From: an uncultured Planctomycetaceae bacterium
GTDB taxonomy: Bacteria; Planctomycetota; Planctomycetia; Planctomycetales; Planctomycetaceae
Length of the DNA: 64,000 nt
Reading direction: 5' to 3'
Assembly (NCBI GenBank): GCA_963813715.1
Contig: CAWFAK010000016.1
Location: 64,001 to 128,000, forward strand
The position numbers were made by a program, and so were the translations under genes. Within the stretch, counting starts at the first letter, position 1. The number at the start of each line of letters is the position of its first letter. This document shows positions 51,115-62,830 of this stretch, piece by piece. The notes beneath the pieces are model-generated. The model worked only from the letters and a program-made list of their open reading frames with translations, made no database searches and was not told the DNA's origin.

Positions 51115-54100
51115 TTAGCGTGTCTGGGGCGCGCTGGCAAAGGATTTCGCTTCGGAAAGGATTTGATCGAGTTGCGATTCGAGCCGCGCCACGTGGGCCG
51201 GCGCTCGCGACAGGTCGCCGCTACGGCCGATTTCCTCCAGCTCACCTGCCGATTGAGCGGCCAACTCGATCCCGAGGGTCCGCAGCGCCCCTTTGAGCGT
51301 GTGAGCGCCGCGCCTGAGGCGATTGGCGTCGCCCGCCGCCAGAGCCTGCCGGATCTCTTCCGACAGAGTCGGCCCCTCGATGAGGAAGGCGGCCACCACT
51401 TCACCCAGGAGTTCGCGGTCTCCATCTACGACAGCGATGGCCGAATCCCAGTCGATGGCCGCGGTCCCGATTGCCGGCGATTCGGGCAGCGGAGGCGCCG
51501 CCGCGCGGCGCGGCATTCTGGGCGGGCGCGACGGCACTCGCTGGGGCGATGGGCGCGGTCGGCTGCCGACCGGCGAACAGGGTCTCGATCTTGTCGTAAA
51601 TTTCGCGCGCCGAACCGGCTTCACCAGGTAATCGTCCATGCCGACCGAGAGGCACCGCTCGCGCATGCCCTTCACGGCCTGCGCCGTCATGGCGATGATC
51701 GGCACTCGTCGGCCCGTCTCTTGTTCCGCGCGCGGATCCGTTTGGTCGCCTCGAGCCCGTCCATCTCGGGCATCTGGATATCCATAAAGATCAGGTCGAA
51801 ATCGCGCCCGGCTGCCAGCGCGACCGCTTCGTGCCCGTTGTTGGCCACCGTCAACTCGTGGCCCCGCTTGCCCAGGACGCCGGCCGCCAGCTTCTGATTG
51901 AAGGGGCTGTCTTCCGCCAACAGGATCTTGAGCCCGCTGACTCGGTAGACGGGCCGCGAGTCGTCGCCATCGTCGGCCCGCACGACGGTTCCGTTCTCGT
52001 CCTCGCGGACCAGCAGGGCGAGCAGCGTGTCGAACAGCTCCGAGTGGTCGATGGGCTTGTTGACGTAGGCTGCCGCGCCGATCTCGTCGCAGCGGGCCAC
52101 GTCCGACGCCCGGTCGACCGAGTGCAACAGCATGATCGTCGGACCGACGCGGCCGGCTCCTTCGCGGCGCAGCCAGTCCGCGAACGCGAAGCCGTCCGAT
52201 CCGGGCATGTGCGCGTCGATGAGGGCGACGGCGAAGGGCTGCTCACGCGACGAATGGCGTTCGACCAGTTCCTGCGCGGCGTGGGCGTTGCCGACAATCC
52301 GCGGCTGCATGCCCCACGATTTGAGGCAGTTCTCCAGCGCGACGCGGCTGGCGGGGTTATCGTCGACGACCAGCACGCGGAGGTCCTGCAAATCGCGCCG
52401 TTCGCCCCCGGGCCTGGCCGCCAGCGCCGTCTCCTCGGACGCGACCACTCCAAACCGACCCGTCGCATGAAATGTGGTGCCACCCGCGAGATTGTTCTCG
52501 AACCAGATGCGGCCACCGATCAGTTCGACCAGCCGAGCGCAGATCGCCAGACCCAATCCCGTGCCGCCATATTTGCGGCGCGCGAGCCGTCGGCCTGCTC
52601 GAATGCCAGGAAGACGCTTTCCCGTTTTTCCTGCGGGATGCCGATCCCCGTGTCGGAGACGGCCAGGTGCAGGAGCACGGTGGCCTGCTCGCGGGCGTCG
52701 ACCGAGAGGCGGACGACGACGTCACCCTGCTCCGTGAACTTGATCGCGTTGCCGACGAGGTTGACGAGGATCTGCCGCAGCCGCGTGGGGTCGCCGACCA
52801 CGCGATTGGGAACGGTCGGCTCGACGTTGAGGACCAACTCGATCCCCCGCTTGTGGGCGGCGACGGCCAGCGACTTCAGGATGCCCGCCACGGTGTCTCG
52901 CAGGCCGAACTCGACGTGCTCGATGTCGAGCTTGCCCGCCTCGATTTTGGAGAAGTCCAGGACGTTGTTGATCAGCGACAGGAGCGATTCGGCCGATTCC
53001 TGCACGACCGTCAAATAATCGCGTTGCTCGGTACTCACCGACGTGTCGAGCAAGAGCTCGGTCATGCCCAGGATGGCATTCATCGGTGTGCGAATCTCGT
53101 GGCTGATATTGGCCACGAACGCGCTCTTGGCACGGTTCGCCTGGTCGGCGGCTTCCTTGGCCCGCATCAGCTGGGCCTCCGCTTCTTTCTGCGTCGAGAT
53201 GTCGAGCGCGAAGCACAGGCAGCGGTCGCGGCTGCCCTTGAGCACGGCCAGGCCGTTGAGCACGTGCACGCGGGAGCCGTCCTTGCGGATCAGCTCCTTT
53301 TCCCACGGAGGCGACGCTCCCGTCGTGATGAGCTGTTCGATTCCCTGCCGGTCGAGCCAGGCATACTCCGGCGCGGTGAGCTTGTCCCAGCGGAGCAGGC
53401 CCGCATTAAAGTCGTCCCGCGAATAGCCGACCAGGTCGAGAAACGCATCGTTCGTCTCGGTGATCGATCCGTCCTGGTGCACCATCAGGATGCCCATGAC
53501 GTTCGAGCGGGTCAGGCTGCGAAAGCGGGCGTCGCTGGCTCGCAGCGCTTCCTCGGCCCGCTTGCGCCGAGACGTCCCAGAACATTCCTTGAATGCCGAC
53601 GACGTTGCCGTGCGCGTCGTAGACGGGCGACTTGAGCACCTGCACATAAATGGTTTCGCCGTGGGGCTGGCGGTGCTCTTCCACGTCCTCGAAAACCCGC
53701 CGCGACGAAATGACCCGCGCGTCGTCCCGGCGATATTTCTCCGCGAGGTGCCGCGGAAACAGGTCGTAGTCGGTCTTGCCCTCGAGCTGCTCCCAGGGGA
53801 GGCCGATTTCGTTGAGATAGTTTTGATTCGCGTAGACCAGCCGCCCCTCGAGGTCCTTGCGGAACATGTGCAGCGGCAGGCTCTCGACCAGCGACCGGTA
53901 GCGGGCCTCCGAGTGCCGCAGATCGTCGTCCGCCCGCTTGCGACCCACCGCATAGCGCACGGCATGCTCGAGGACGCTCGGCTTGAGGTCGTTGCGAATC
54001 AGGTAATCCTGGGCCCCTTGCTGGAGCGATTCGATCGCGGCGTCCTCGTGCGCGAGGTCCGACAAGGCCACCACGGCGACGCCAGGAGCCTGCTGCGCGA

Positions 54101-54318
54101 ACTTGGGCCAGCGTGGCCACGCCGCCGTTTCGCGGCGAGACGTCGATCAGCACCGCATCGATCTGTCCGGCCGACAGATAGGGAGCTGCCTGCTCGGCTG
54201 TCTCCGCCCATTCCACGTCGAAATTGACGCGCTCGGCCAGAGCAAGCAGATCGCGGAGCGCCCGGCCAAGGTCGGCATCGCGTTCGATCAGCAGGATCTT
54301 GATCGAAGGCTGACTCAT
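51115..54318 (-). CDS. Hybrid sensor histidine kinase REC-PAS-PAS-HisKA-HATPase-REC-REC-HPt (several frameshifts)
   Basis: [35 protein letters not shown]...IDAHMP, AEDS...MDIQMP and HPt AHTLKG, spread over five ORFs. Confidence 0.9.
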
Positions 54319-54553
54319 GGAATCGGGCCAAAGAGAACGGCTGACCAGCCGCTTCCGAGTGTAATCCTGCCTCGCAGCCGTTTCAACGAGTTGGCTGTTT
54401 CACATCAATGCGCCTGTCATGTTTCGTAGGGTCTGACAAGGCCGCGAGCGGCCGCGGGCACACCATTTTTCGACAGGGAACGTAGGGCTTGGTACGTCAC
54501 GAGATTGTGTGCTGGCGCCCGCCTTTGGCGGGCTGGTCACACCCTGCGCCGCT

Positions 54554-55622
54554 TCAATGTCCCTCGCAGGGCGCACACTCCACGAGATCCCCGTGCGACT
54601 GCGCGGCACGGCCGGGCAAATCTTCGGCATACCAGCGGGTCAGTGCGTCGTGCCATTCCGACGGAGTCTTGACGGCCACGAACGCCCGCGAGACTTCTGC
54701 GTACTGCGGATGGAGCTGGGCATACTTGATCCCGAACTTCCGCATGAGTGCACAGGATCGCTGGTCGCCATACGTCTCGCGCGAGAGTGCAAAATGTTCG
54801 CCCAACACGTCGCGCTGCTCGAACAGGCTCGGCCAGCGCACCGGTCGACCGGCCACGGCGTCGCGCACTTGCTGGAAGATCCACGGATTGCCGATCGCGC
54901 CGCGGGCGATGCTCACTCCGTCGAGACCCGTGTGAGCGATCATCTCGACGCAAGCGGCCGCCGAGAACAGATCGCCGCTGCCCAACACGACGCGATCGCC
55001 CGCTTGCCGCTTGATGTCGGCCAGAATGTCCCAATTGCTCGGCCCAATGTATCGCTGCACCACGGTCCGGCCGTGCACCGTGATCGCGGCGACCCCGAGC
55101 GCGTACGCCCCAAGAAAGATCTCGTCGAAATTGTCGCGGCTTTGGGAACTGTCATCGATGCCGCGGCGCATCTTGACCGTGACGGGAATGTGCGGTGGCA
55201 AGGCTTCCCGCACGCGGGCAATGATCTCGAGTGCCGTGCGCGGCTGGCTGAGCAAGAACCCGCCCCGGCAGCGGCCGAGGACTTTTTTGACCGGGCAGCC
55301 GAAATTGATGTCCACGACGTCGAACCCGGCTTCGACCAGTTTGAGCGCGGCTGGCGCGAACTGCGCCGGGTCGGCCCCCATCAACTGCCCGCCAACGGGG
55401 TGCTCTTCGTCGCTGACTTTCAGTTGGCGGCGGTTGGCCCGATTCAACTTTTGATCGAGCACGAAGCGGTCGAGCAGCACTTCGCACAGCGTATACGGAG
55501 CACCGAGCCGCCGTGCGATCACTCGCATCGGCCAGTCGCTGTAGCCCGACAGGGCCGCCTGCACGGCAGGAAAGCCGATCTCGATCGGCCCGATGCGTCA
55601 GCGGACTCCAGGCGCCGCTCAC
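54554..55622 (-). CDS. tRNA-dihydrouridine synthase (DusB-like), one indel near the N-terminus
   Basis: DINFGCPVKKV, VTVKMRRG, ITVHGRT, GSGD and ARGAIGNPWIF. The GTG start overlaps the TGA of the upstream gene. Confidence 0.9.
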
Positions 55623-56691
55623 GTGGTCGCATCCGCGAGACGGCGGTGGGCGCTCAGGATCAGCGACTCGGTCTCTTCCCAGCCGATGCAGCCGTCGGTA
55701 ATCGACACGCCCTCCTTGAGGTCGGCCCGGTTGCCCGTCAGTTTTTGCGAACCGGGATTGAGATTGCTCTCGAGCATGAGGCCGACGATCGTACGATTAC
55801 CGGCGGCGCGTTGGTCAATCACGTCGTTCCAGGCGACGTGCTGTCGGCGATAATCCTTGTCCGAATTGGCATGGCTGCAGTCGACCACCAGATTCGGCGA
55901 GACGCCCGCTTCCTTGAGCCGGACGGCGGCCGCCTTGAGATGCTCGGCCGAGTAGTTCGGGCCGGATCGTCCGCCGCGGAGGATCAGATGTCCCCACGGA
56001 TTGCCCGTCGTATTGATGATGCACGTGTTCCCGTCGGTATCGATTCCCAAAAAGCTGTGGCAGCCCCGGCCGGCGACCATCGCGTCGATTGCAACCTGCA
56101 GGTTGCCGTCCGTCCCGTTCTTGTAGCCGACCGGCATCGACAACCCGCTGGCCATCTGGCGATGCGTGGGCGATTCGGTGGTCCGCGCCCCGATCGACGC
56201 AAGCGTAATCAGGTCGGCGATGTATTGCGGCGTGATCGGCTCGAGCATCTCGGTGGCCGCCGGCACGCCCAGGTCGGCGATTTCCAGCAGGATCGTTCGC
56301 GCCAGCCGCAAACCGGTGCCGATATCGAACGTATCGTTGAGGTGCGGATCGTTGATCAGGCCTTTCCAGCCCAGCGTTGTGCGGGGCTTCTCGAAGTAGA
56401 CCCGCATCACCGGCACGATCCGGTCGTCAACCTGTTCGGTCAATCGTTTGAGACGGCGGGCATATTCCACGGCCGAGCGGTGATCGTGAATCGAGCAGGG
56501 ACCGACGACCACAAACATCCGCGGATCGTCGCCCTTGAGAATCCGTTTGATGGTCTCCCGCGATTCGACCACCGTGCGGTTCGCGCCGAGCGACATCTCA
56601 GTTTCTTCCCGCAGCGCCGCGGCGCAATCAGCGCGACGGTGCTGCGGACATTCAGGTCTTGAGTCGGCTGAAGCTGATGATCGACAAACAT
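55619..56691 (-). CDS. 3-deoxy-7-phosphoheptulonate (DAHP) synthase, class I (AroF/AroG type); frameshift near 56620
   Basis: VVGPCSIHD, RVYFEKPRTTLGWKGLINDP, IGARTTES, DCSHANS and SITDGCIGW. Confidence 0.95.
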
Positions 56692-56728
56692 GCGGGTGAA
56701 CTCGTCTTCTCGCGGATTAGAGCCGAAA

Positions 56729-57350
56729 TTATAGGGGCCGGCCAGCCGCCCTGCCACGCGACTTGCCGCTTAAGCCCGAGGCTTCCAGCTCGAGCAGCCG
56801 CTGCTTGAGCTCCACGCCCGTCCGGCAAGAGAATCCGCCGATCGCTCCGCCGGCCGCCACGACGCGGTGGCAGGGAATGAGCAGAGCGATGCGATTCGAG
56901 GCCATCGCGCTGCCAACGGCGCGGGCCGCGCGCGGTTTGCCGGCTTTCGCGGCCAGTTCCCCGTAGGACATCGTCTTGCCGTAGGGGATGCGGCGTGCCG
57001 CCTCAAGCACTTGCCTGCGGTAGGGGGTCGTGGGCCCGAGGTCGATCTTGAAGGGGCGCAGATCGACGTAGCGGCCCTGTGCATAGCGTTCGAGGGCGCG
57101 ACGCAGTTCAGGGTACCAATCGCCCACTTCGATGCTCACGCCGCCGGCGAAGCTCGATTCGAGCGCCGCTCGAACCTCCTCTGCGGACGCGTGTCCCATC
57201 GTGAGGGCCGCGACGGTGGTTCCGCTTCCGGCAGCGCCGATCCATCCGATGGAAGTGGGAAAGATCGAGGCTTCGATTGGTTGCTGAGACGGGTTCTCGG
57301 TTTGCGCCGCGAAGCGCGCTGTCCGCGGAAGTTCGGTCTTTGACCCACTC
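56729..57350 (-). CDS. ogt: Methylated-DNA--protein-cysteine methyltransferase
   Basis: IPYGKTMSYGELA, RAARAVG and IPCHRVV. The reading frame extends upstream of ATG 57199 (IFPTSIGWIG), so the start is uncertain. Confidence 0.88.
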
Positions 57351-57487
57351 GTTCACCCCCTATAGAATGGTACGGGCTCGTCGTAGAACGCGCCTGCGGT
57401 TGGAGTTTTGGACTCTTCGAGGATGCGCCCCGTAGTCCGGACGCCGTTAATTACGGGTCCCGCACGCAGAATCGTCGAGGTCGGATC

Positions 57488-58231
57488 ATGAACGTGTACA
57501 GTTCGCTTGCCGACGACTATTACATCAATCTCAACCTCAACACGGAAATGACTCTTCCGCAGGGGCGTGAGACGATTCTGGGTTTCTTCGAGCGGATCCA
57601 GAAGCAGTACCCCAGCATGCGGAACTTCTATACCCGCGAAAACGGCGATTTCGTGCTCGAAGAGGACAAGGACCAGCCCCATCAACGCTGGATCTCGCTC
57701 GAGCCCCGCCGGATCTGCAGCGGCGTGATCGACCCCTTGGATGTCGACTCGGCCGTCGAACAGCACGCGCTAATGCTGCGGCTTGCCCCGTACATGCTCT
57801 CGGTCAGCCCTCTCGAGTGCGAGGCCCTCGACTACATGATGGGCTTCGACTTCAGCTACCGCGGCAACCACGATGAGTTGGTGGCCGAGGCGCTGGGCGC
57901 CGGGCCGGCCCTCGACGGCATGGTCAACGTGCCGGGGATCAAAGTGCTCAACTACGAGCCGTCGATCACGATCAGCCTCGACGAGTCGTGCCGACGCCAG
58001 GCGCGGTTGATGGTCGAGACGCGGACCAACGCTTACCAGGTCCGCCGCGGTGAATTTTCCGAAGACCAGATCAGCGTCTACTTCACCGTGCGGCAATACG
58101 GCGGCCTGGAGGGCGTCGAGTCCTTCGAGCAGAGCCTGTTCAAGCTCCGCGACCAGTGCGACGAGCTGATGCACGGCTACGTGATCGACCACGTGCTCCG
58201 CCCGCTGCAGCAGGCCATTTCGACCAAATAA
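57488..58231 (+). CDS. Hypothetical protein
   Basis: 247-aa ORF with strongly GC-biased third positions and globular composition; no motif recognised. Confidence 0.85.
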   Translation: MNVYSSLADDYYINLNLNTEMTLPQGRETILGFFERIQKQYPSMRNFYTRENGDFVLEEDKDQPHQRWISLEPRRICSGVIDPLDVDSAVEQHALMLRLAPYMLSVSPLECEALDYMMGFDFSYRGNHDELVAEALGAGPALDGMVNVPGIKVLNYEPSITISLDESCRRQARLMVETRTNAYQVRRGEFSEDQISVYFTVRQYGGLEGVESFEQSLFKLRDQCDELMHGYVIDHVLRPLQQAISTK

Positions 58232-58367
58232 CCGCTGCCAATCGGCGAATCCCAGTGCGTACGCGATGCGGACTCGCTGACGCGCTTGCGCTCCTTAGTG
58301 AGTCTGTGAACGCGGAGTCCTGTCGAGTGACGCCGGTGGATTGCGACCATGCATAAGGGGCTGGGCC

Positions 58368-59849
58368 ATGACGCTCTTTCGGAAGCGGCGTTGGTTGTGG
58401 GTCATCATTCCGCTTTTGTGCCTGGTCGTTGTTGGCGTCGCGGCCGCACGCTGGGGTCTGCTCGGCCGGATCGGCTTCGCAGAAGGCGGCGAGCTGGGCG
58501 ATATTAAGAGCGAGTGGGTACGCGCGGTGGACTCGCGGTCCGACGCGCGGAACGCGGCCAAAACGGCGGGCGAACGGCAAGCGGCCGACGACGAGTTCGC
58601 GGCGCGTGAACGTGAGCTTGTCGAGCACTGCCGCGATTACGCTCGAAGTCACGCGGGAAAGCCGGGTGAACTGACGGCGCTCAAGCTGGTGGCTTGCCAC
58701 GTTCCCAAATCGCCCGCAGGCAAGGAGGCTCTCCAGACGCTCGCTTCCGCCTGTGAGACGGCAGACCTCGATCGGCTGACAAGCGGATTGAAATTCCAAC
58801 CCGGCGCTTCCGAGGAGCCCATCCAGTCGTTGGCCGGCATTCTCCTCAAGCGCGTCCGCCAGTCTCCCGACGATCCCGAGGCCCCGGTTCTGCTGGCCTC
58901 CGTGATCTGCCCATTGGCGATCACGAGTCCGCTGAGTTCCACGCCGCCCACGGACTTCCGCGCCGCGGCGGATTTGCTCGTCGAGCGTTACGCCGATCGA
59001 CCGGGCATCCAAAATTTCTGCGAGATTATCGGCCTCAAGGTGGCCCGTGCCCCTTGGGCCGCGCAATTCGAGAGGCATCTGCGAGCGATTCTCGCCAAGA
59101 ATCACGATCGCCAGGTCCTCGTCTCCGGGTCGTTTGCACTAGCGACCTTGGTGCAGGCTGCGGGCGAAAGCCGTCAGCTCGAGGCTCAGCGACTCTATCG
59201 GGACTTCGTCGATCGGTATGACGGCACCGTCCGTTACACCGAGGATGGCAAGTGGTACCCGTACGCGGGGGTTGAGCAGCAACTCAATCAGGCGGCGAGG
59301 AAGCAGCTCACGGAACTCAGCGAGCACGGCTTGGGGAAACCCGCGCCGGAAATCGCGGGCGTCGATTTGGACGGAGCGCCGCTGAAGTTATCGGACTTTC
59401 GCGGTAAGGTCGTCCTGCTGAGCTTCTGGGCCACTTCCTGCGGTCCTTGCCTGAAGTTCGTTCCGGCCGAGCGGGCGTTGCTCGCCGGCTTTGAACCGAA
59501 GTCGTTCACCATCGTCGGGATCAACTGCGACGAAGACCCACAACTTGGACAGAAAACGGCCGGCGAGCACGGCATCACCTGGCGCTGCTTCCGCGATCAA
59601 CTCGGGAAAGGGCGAACGATCAGCGGCGACTGGCAGAACGTGGCGCTGCCCATGCTGTACCTGATCGATCCGCAGGGCCGGATCAAGCGCCGCTGGGTGG
59701 GAGCTGCCTCTGCGGGAAGAACTGCACGACGCCGTTGCTCAGTTGGGCGGCGTCGCCATCCAGGACTCGTTGAGCCGAACAGTACCACACACTTGCCCAG
59801 GACAGGTTTTTCCGGTCGTCCGCTCCGGCTACCATGGCCGCTATGCTGA
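58368..59849 (+). CDS. Membrane-anchored TlpA/redoxin-domain protein (C-terminus probably frameshifted)
   Basis: N-terminal transmembrane helix, helical region, GKPAPEI...LSDFRGKVVLLSFWATSCGPC and LPMLYLIDPQG. Confidence 0.85.
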   Translation: MTLFRKRRWLWVIIPLLCLVVVGVAAARWGLLGRIGFAEGGELGDIKSEWVRAVDSRSDARNAAKTAGERQAADDEFAARERELVEHCRDYARSHAGKPGELTALKLVACHVPKSPAGKEALQTLASACETADLDRLTSGLKFQPGASEEPIQSLAGILLKRVRQSPDDPEAPVLLASVICPLAITSPLSSTPPTDFRAAADLLVERYADRPGIQNFCEIIGLKVARAPWAAQFERHLRAILAKNHDRQVLVSGSFALATLVQAAGESRQLEAQRLYRDFVDRYDGTVRYTEDGKWYPYAGVEQQLNQAARKQLTELSEHGLGKPAPEIAGVDLDGAPLKLSDFRGKVVLLSFWATSCGPCLKFVPAERALLAGFEPKSFTIVGINCDEDPQLGQKTAGEHGITWRCFRDQLGKGRTISGDWQNVALPMLYLIDPQGRIKRRWVGAASAGRTARRRCSVGRRRHPGLVEPNSTTHLPRTGFSGRPLRLPWPLC

Positions 59850-61009
59850 CGTTCTGTGGCCGTCGCTACGAAAACGGTGAGCCGGTGCGAATCACCGTCG
59901 ACGGTGAGCGGATCGCGGCCGTCGAACCGGCGTGGCCGGCGAGTGACGTTCGCGAATGGCCCTTCGTCGCGCCGGCCCTCTTCGACCTGCAGATTAATGG
60001 CCGCGGCGGCACCTGGTTTGGCAAGGTGGGGATCACTCTGTCCGAAATTCTCGGCGTGTTCGCGGAGCAGTTTCGCTTTGGCGTGACCCGAATTTGCCCG
60101 ACGGTGATCACGAACTCGTTCGACGTGCTGCACGGCGCCCTCAGTGCTTTGCGGTCGGCTTGCGAGCAAGAGCGCTGGGCCGCTCAGATGGCGCCCGGCT
60201 TTCATCTGGAAGGGCCGTATATCTCGGGCGAGGATGGTCCCCGTGGTGCGCATCCGCGCGAACACGTCCGGCCCCCCGATTGGAAAGAATTCGAGAAATT
60301 GCAGCAGGCGGCCGGCGGACGGATCCGGCTGGTGACCCTGGCGCCGGAGCTGCCCGGGGCGACCGACTTCATCCGCCGGGCCGTTGCGTCCGGTGTCACG
60401 GTGGCGCTCGGGCACACCGCGGCCTCGGGCACGGAGATCGCCGCGGCCGTCGAGGCCGGCGCGCGGCTGAGCACGCACCTGGGAAACGGTGCGCACCCCA
60501 CGCTCCGCCGGCATCCGAACTACATTTGGGAACAACTCGGCGACCCGCGTTTGTCGGCGAGCGTGATCGCCGACGGTCAGCACATTCCTCCGTCAGTCTT
60601 ACGGTCGATCATTCGCACCAAGGGCGTTCGTGGCGTGATTTTGACCTGCGACGCGTCGGGCCTCGCCGGCTGTGCGCCTGGGGTCTACTCCGAGGGGGAG
60701 ATGCGGATGGAGGTGCTCGACGATGGTCGGATCGTGGTCGCCGGACAGCGTCAGTTGCTAGCCGGCTCGGGTGCCGACACAGGACTCTGCGTGAGCGAAG
60801 CCATGCAACAGGCGGGAGTCAGCGTGGCCGACGCCTGCGATATGGCTGGCCGTAACCCGTCACGGCTGCTCGGCTTTGAGGAGATTCGCTTGCGGCCGGG
60901 CTCGCGAGCCGACCTGATGCTTTTCCGGATTACGGAATTGAATTCGCTCGAAATTCAGGCCACGATTGCGGCGGGAAGCTTGCGGTTTGGCACGACTGCG
61001 TCGCCTTAA
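59834..61009 (+). CDS. nagA: N-acetylglucosamine-6-phosphate deacetylase-like amidohydrolase
   Basis: DLQING, PTVIT, HLEGPYIS, GAH, VTLAPE, GHT, THLGNG, IADGQH and LAGS. Confidence 0.85.
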   Translation: MAAMLTFCGRRYENGEPVRITVDGERIAAVEPAWPASDVREWPFVAPALFDLQINGRGGTWFGKVGITLSEILGVFAEQFRFGVTRICPTVITNSFDVLHGALSALRSACEQERWAAQMAPGFHLEGPYISGEDGPRGAHPREHVRPPDWKEFEKLQQAAGGRIRLVTLAPELPGATDFIRRAVASGVTVALGHTAASGTEIAAAVEAGARLSTHLGNGAHPTLRRHPNYIWEQLGDPRLSASVIADGQHIPPSVLRSIIRTKGVRGVILTCDASGLAGCAPGVYSEGEMRMEVLDDGRIVVAGQRQLLAGSGADTGLCVSEAMQQAGVSVADACDMAGRNPSRLLGFEEIRLRPGSRADLMLFRITELNSLEIQATIAAGSLRFGTTASP

Positions 61010-61230
61010 GGTCTTTCGGCTCGGTCAGTTCCCCCCGATTCTCCTTGAACGCTGTGCAAAGCGTGGTACGATCAAATGACCGGTCCAACGGTTCATTCGC
61101 CGTTAAGACTGTGTCATTTTTTATTCTTTTGTGATTGTTTTTCATTCGTTTCTTGAAACCGCCGTGCCGCCGCTGAAATTCAAGTGGGCCATCCGCGCCT
61201 TGGCACGACGGTGGAACAACAAAGAACTCA

Positions 61231-62688
61231 ATGACTCTCGAGGAGCTAAAGAACCTTCTCGTCCGTCTGCATCTTGTCCAGCCCGATCAGCTTGAACTAG
61301 TTCATTCGCGTTCGTGTCCCAACACGGACGACGCCAATGTGCTGCTTCAGGCGCTCGAGAGCCGCCATCTGCTCACGTCGTATCAAGTGGGAAAACTTGA
61401 ACGGGGTGAAACGGACTCGCTGGTTCTGGGCGACTACAAGCTGCTGTACCGTAACGCCTCGGGGAGCTTCGCCCGCGTCTATCGCGGGGCGTCGCTGTCC
61501 GATGGCCGCATGGTCGGACTGAAGGTGCTGCGACAGCGGTGGGCGGCCGATCCGCGGATCGTGCGCCTGTTCCGCCGGGAAGCCGATCTCGGCAAAAAGC
61601 TCAAGCACGAGAAAATCGTCCCGATTTACGACGTCGCCAACCAGGGCGACAGCCACTACTTCACGATGGAGTTCGTGGAGGGGGGCAACCTGCGGGACTT
61701 TCTCAACATCCGCAAGCGCCTTTCGGTGATCGAGGCGACCCGCTGCCTGATCGACCTGGCTGAAGGGCTCGAGTATGCCGCGCGGATGGGGGTCACCCAT
61801 CGCGATCTCAAGCTTACCAACGTGCTGATGAGCACGCAGGGGATCGCCAAGCTGGTCGACTTCGGCCTGGCGGGCGACGAAGTGATGAACTCGGACGCGG
61901 GCGGCGACAGTCTGCAGCGCGCCCTCGAGTACGCCACTCTCGAACGGGGCACGAATGCTCCCGCCAACGATCCCCGCAGCGACCTCTACTTCCTGGGCGG
62001 GATCTATTACGAACTGTTAACCGGCGTCCCGCCCTATCCGCGGACGCATAGCCGCGAGGAACGGCGGCAGTTCTCCCGTTACGCCAGCCTGCGGCCAATC
62101 CGCTCCGTCGATCCGAACATCCCCAAGAGCGTGGCGGACGTCGTCGAGCGGTTGATGAAGACCAATCCCGACCAGCGGTACCAATCGGCGGGAATGGTTC
62201 GCTCAGACGCTAGCGAGGTGCTGATCGAGCTCGAACGACCGACCAAGCCCGCGGCCCCGACGGAAGAAGGCACCAACGGCCGCAAGAGTTTGCCCACGAT
62301 TCTGTTCATCGAACATCGCCTGAAACAACAGGACATCATTCGGGATTACCTGACCAAACACGGTTTCCGCGTCCTGTTGTTCAACAATGTGCACCGGGCC
62401 ATTTCCCGCCTGCACTCGAACCCGCCCGATTGCGTCGTGCTGATTGGCGACTCGATCGGCGACGAATTGGTGGCGGCGTACGACCAGGTGCGGGAGCTGA
62501 ACCGCGACCGCTTCATCAATATCGCGGTGCTTGCCGAGCGACAGGCGGAATTCGTCGAAAAGCTCGAACAGACGGCACTCTCCCGCGTGATGCAGCAGCC
62601 GATCACGCTCCGCGAGCTGCGGCGGGAGATTCACCTGCTGTTCCAGCGAAAGATGAAGACGAACGGTCGTCCGACGCTGAGTTCGTGA
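61231..62688 (+). CDS. Hanks-type Ser/Thr protein kinase with C-terminal receiver-like domain
   Basis: VGLKVL, MEFVEGG, HRDLKLTN, DFGLA and RSDLY; C-terminal TILFIEH...PPDCVVL. Confidence 0.9.
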   Translation: MTLEELKNLLVRLHLVQPDQLELVHSRSCPNTDDANVLLQALESRHLLTSYQVGKLERGETDSLVLGDYKLLYRNASGSFARVYRGASLSDGRMVGLKVLRQRWAADPRIVRLFRREADLGKKLKHEKIVPIYDVANQGDSHYFTMEFVEGGNLRDFLNIRKRLSVIEATRCLIDLAEGLEYAARMGVTHRDLKLTNVLMSTQGIAKLVDFGLAGDEVMNSDAGGDSLQRALEYATLERGTNAPANDPRSDLYFLGGIYYELLTGVPPYPRTHSREERRQFSRYASLRPIRSVDPNIPKSVADVVERLMKTNPDQRYQSAGMVRSDASEVLIELERPTKPAAPTEEGTNGRKSLPTILFIEHRLKQQDIIRDYLTKHGFRVLLFNNVHRAISRLHSNPPDCVVLIGDSIGDELVAAYDQVRELNRDRFINIAVLAERQAEFVEKLEQTALSRVMQQPITLRELRREIHLLFQRKMKTNGRPTLSS

Positions 62689-62830
62689 CGCTCTCCGGCC
62701 GTCGGGTTGATCTATCGCCGCCGCTGTAAAAGGCGTAGACTGAACCGGGCGGGCGACGGATTTCGATCGATGCGGGCGGCAGTTCCCGATCGATCATGCG
62801 AAGTGGTCGCACTCAAGTGGAGGAGACGGC

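Noticed and set aside
54509..56662. Long antisense ORFs (e.g. 717 aa here; also 7317..9023, 15753..17459, 37045..38424)
   Set aside because: Shadow ORFs opposite well-supported genes, expected in high-GC DNA, with no motifs.
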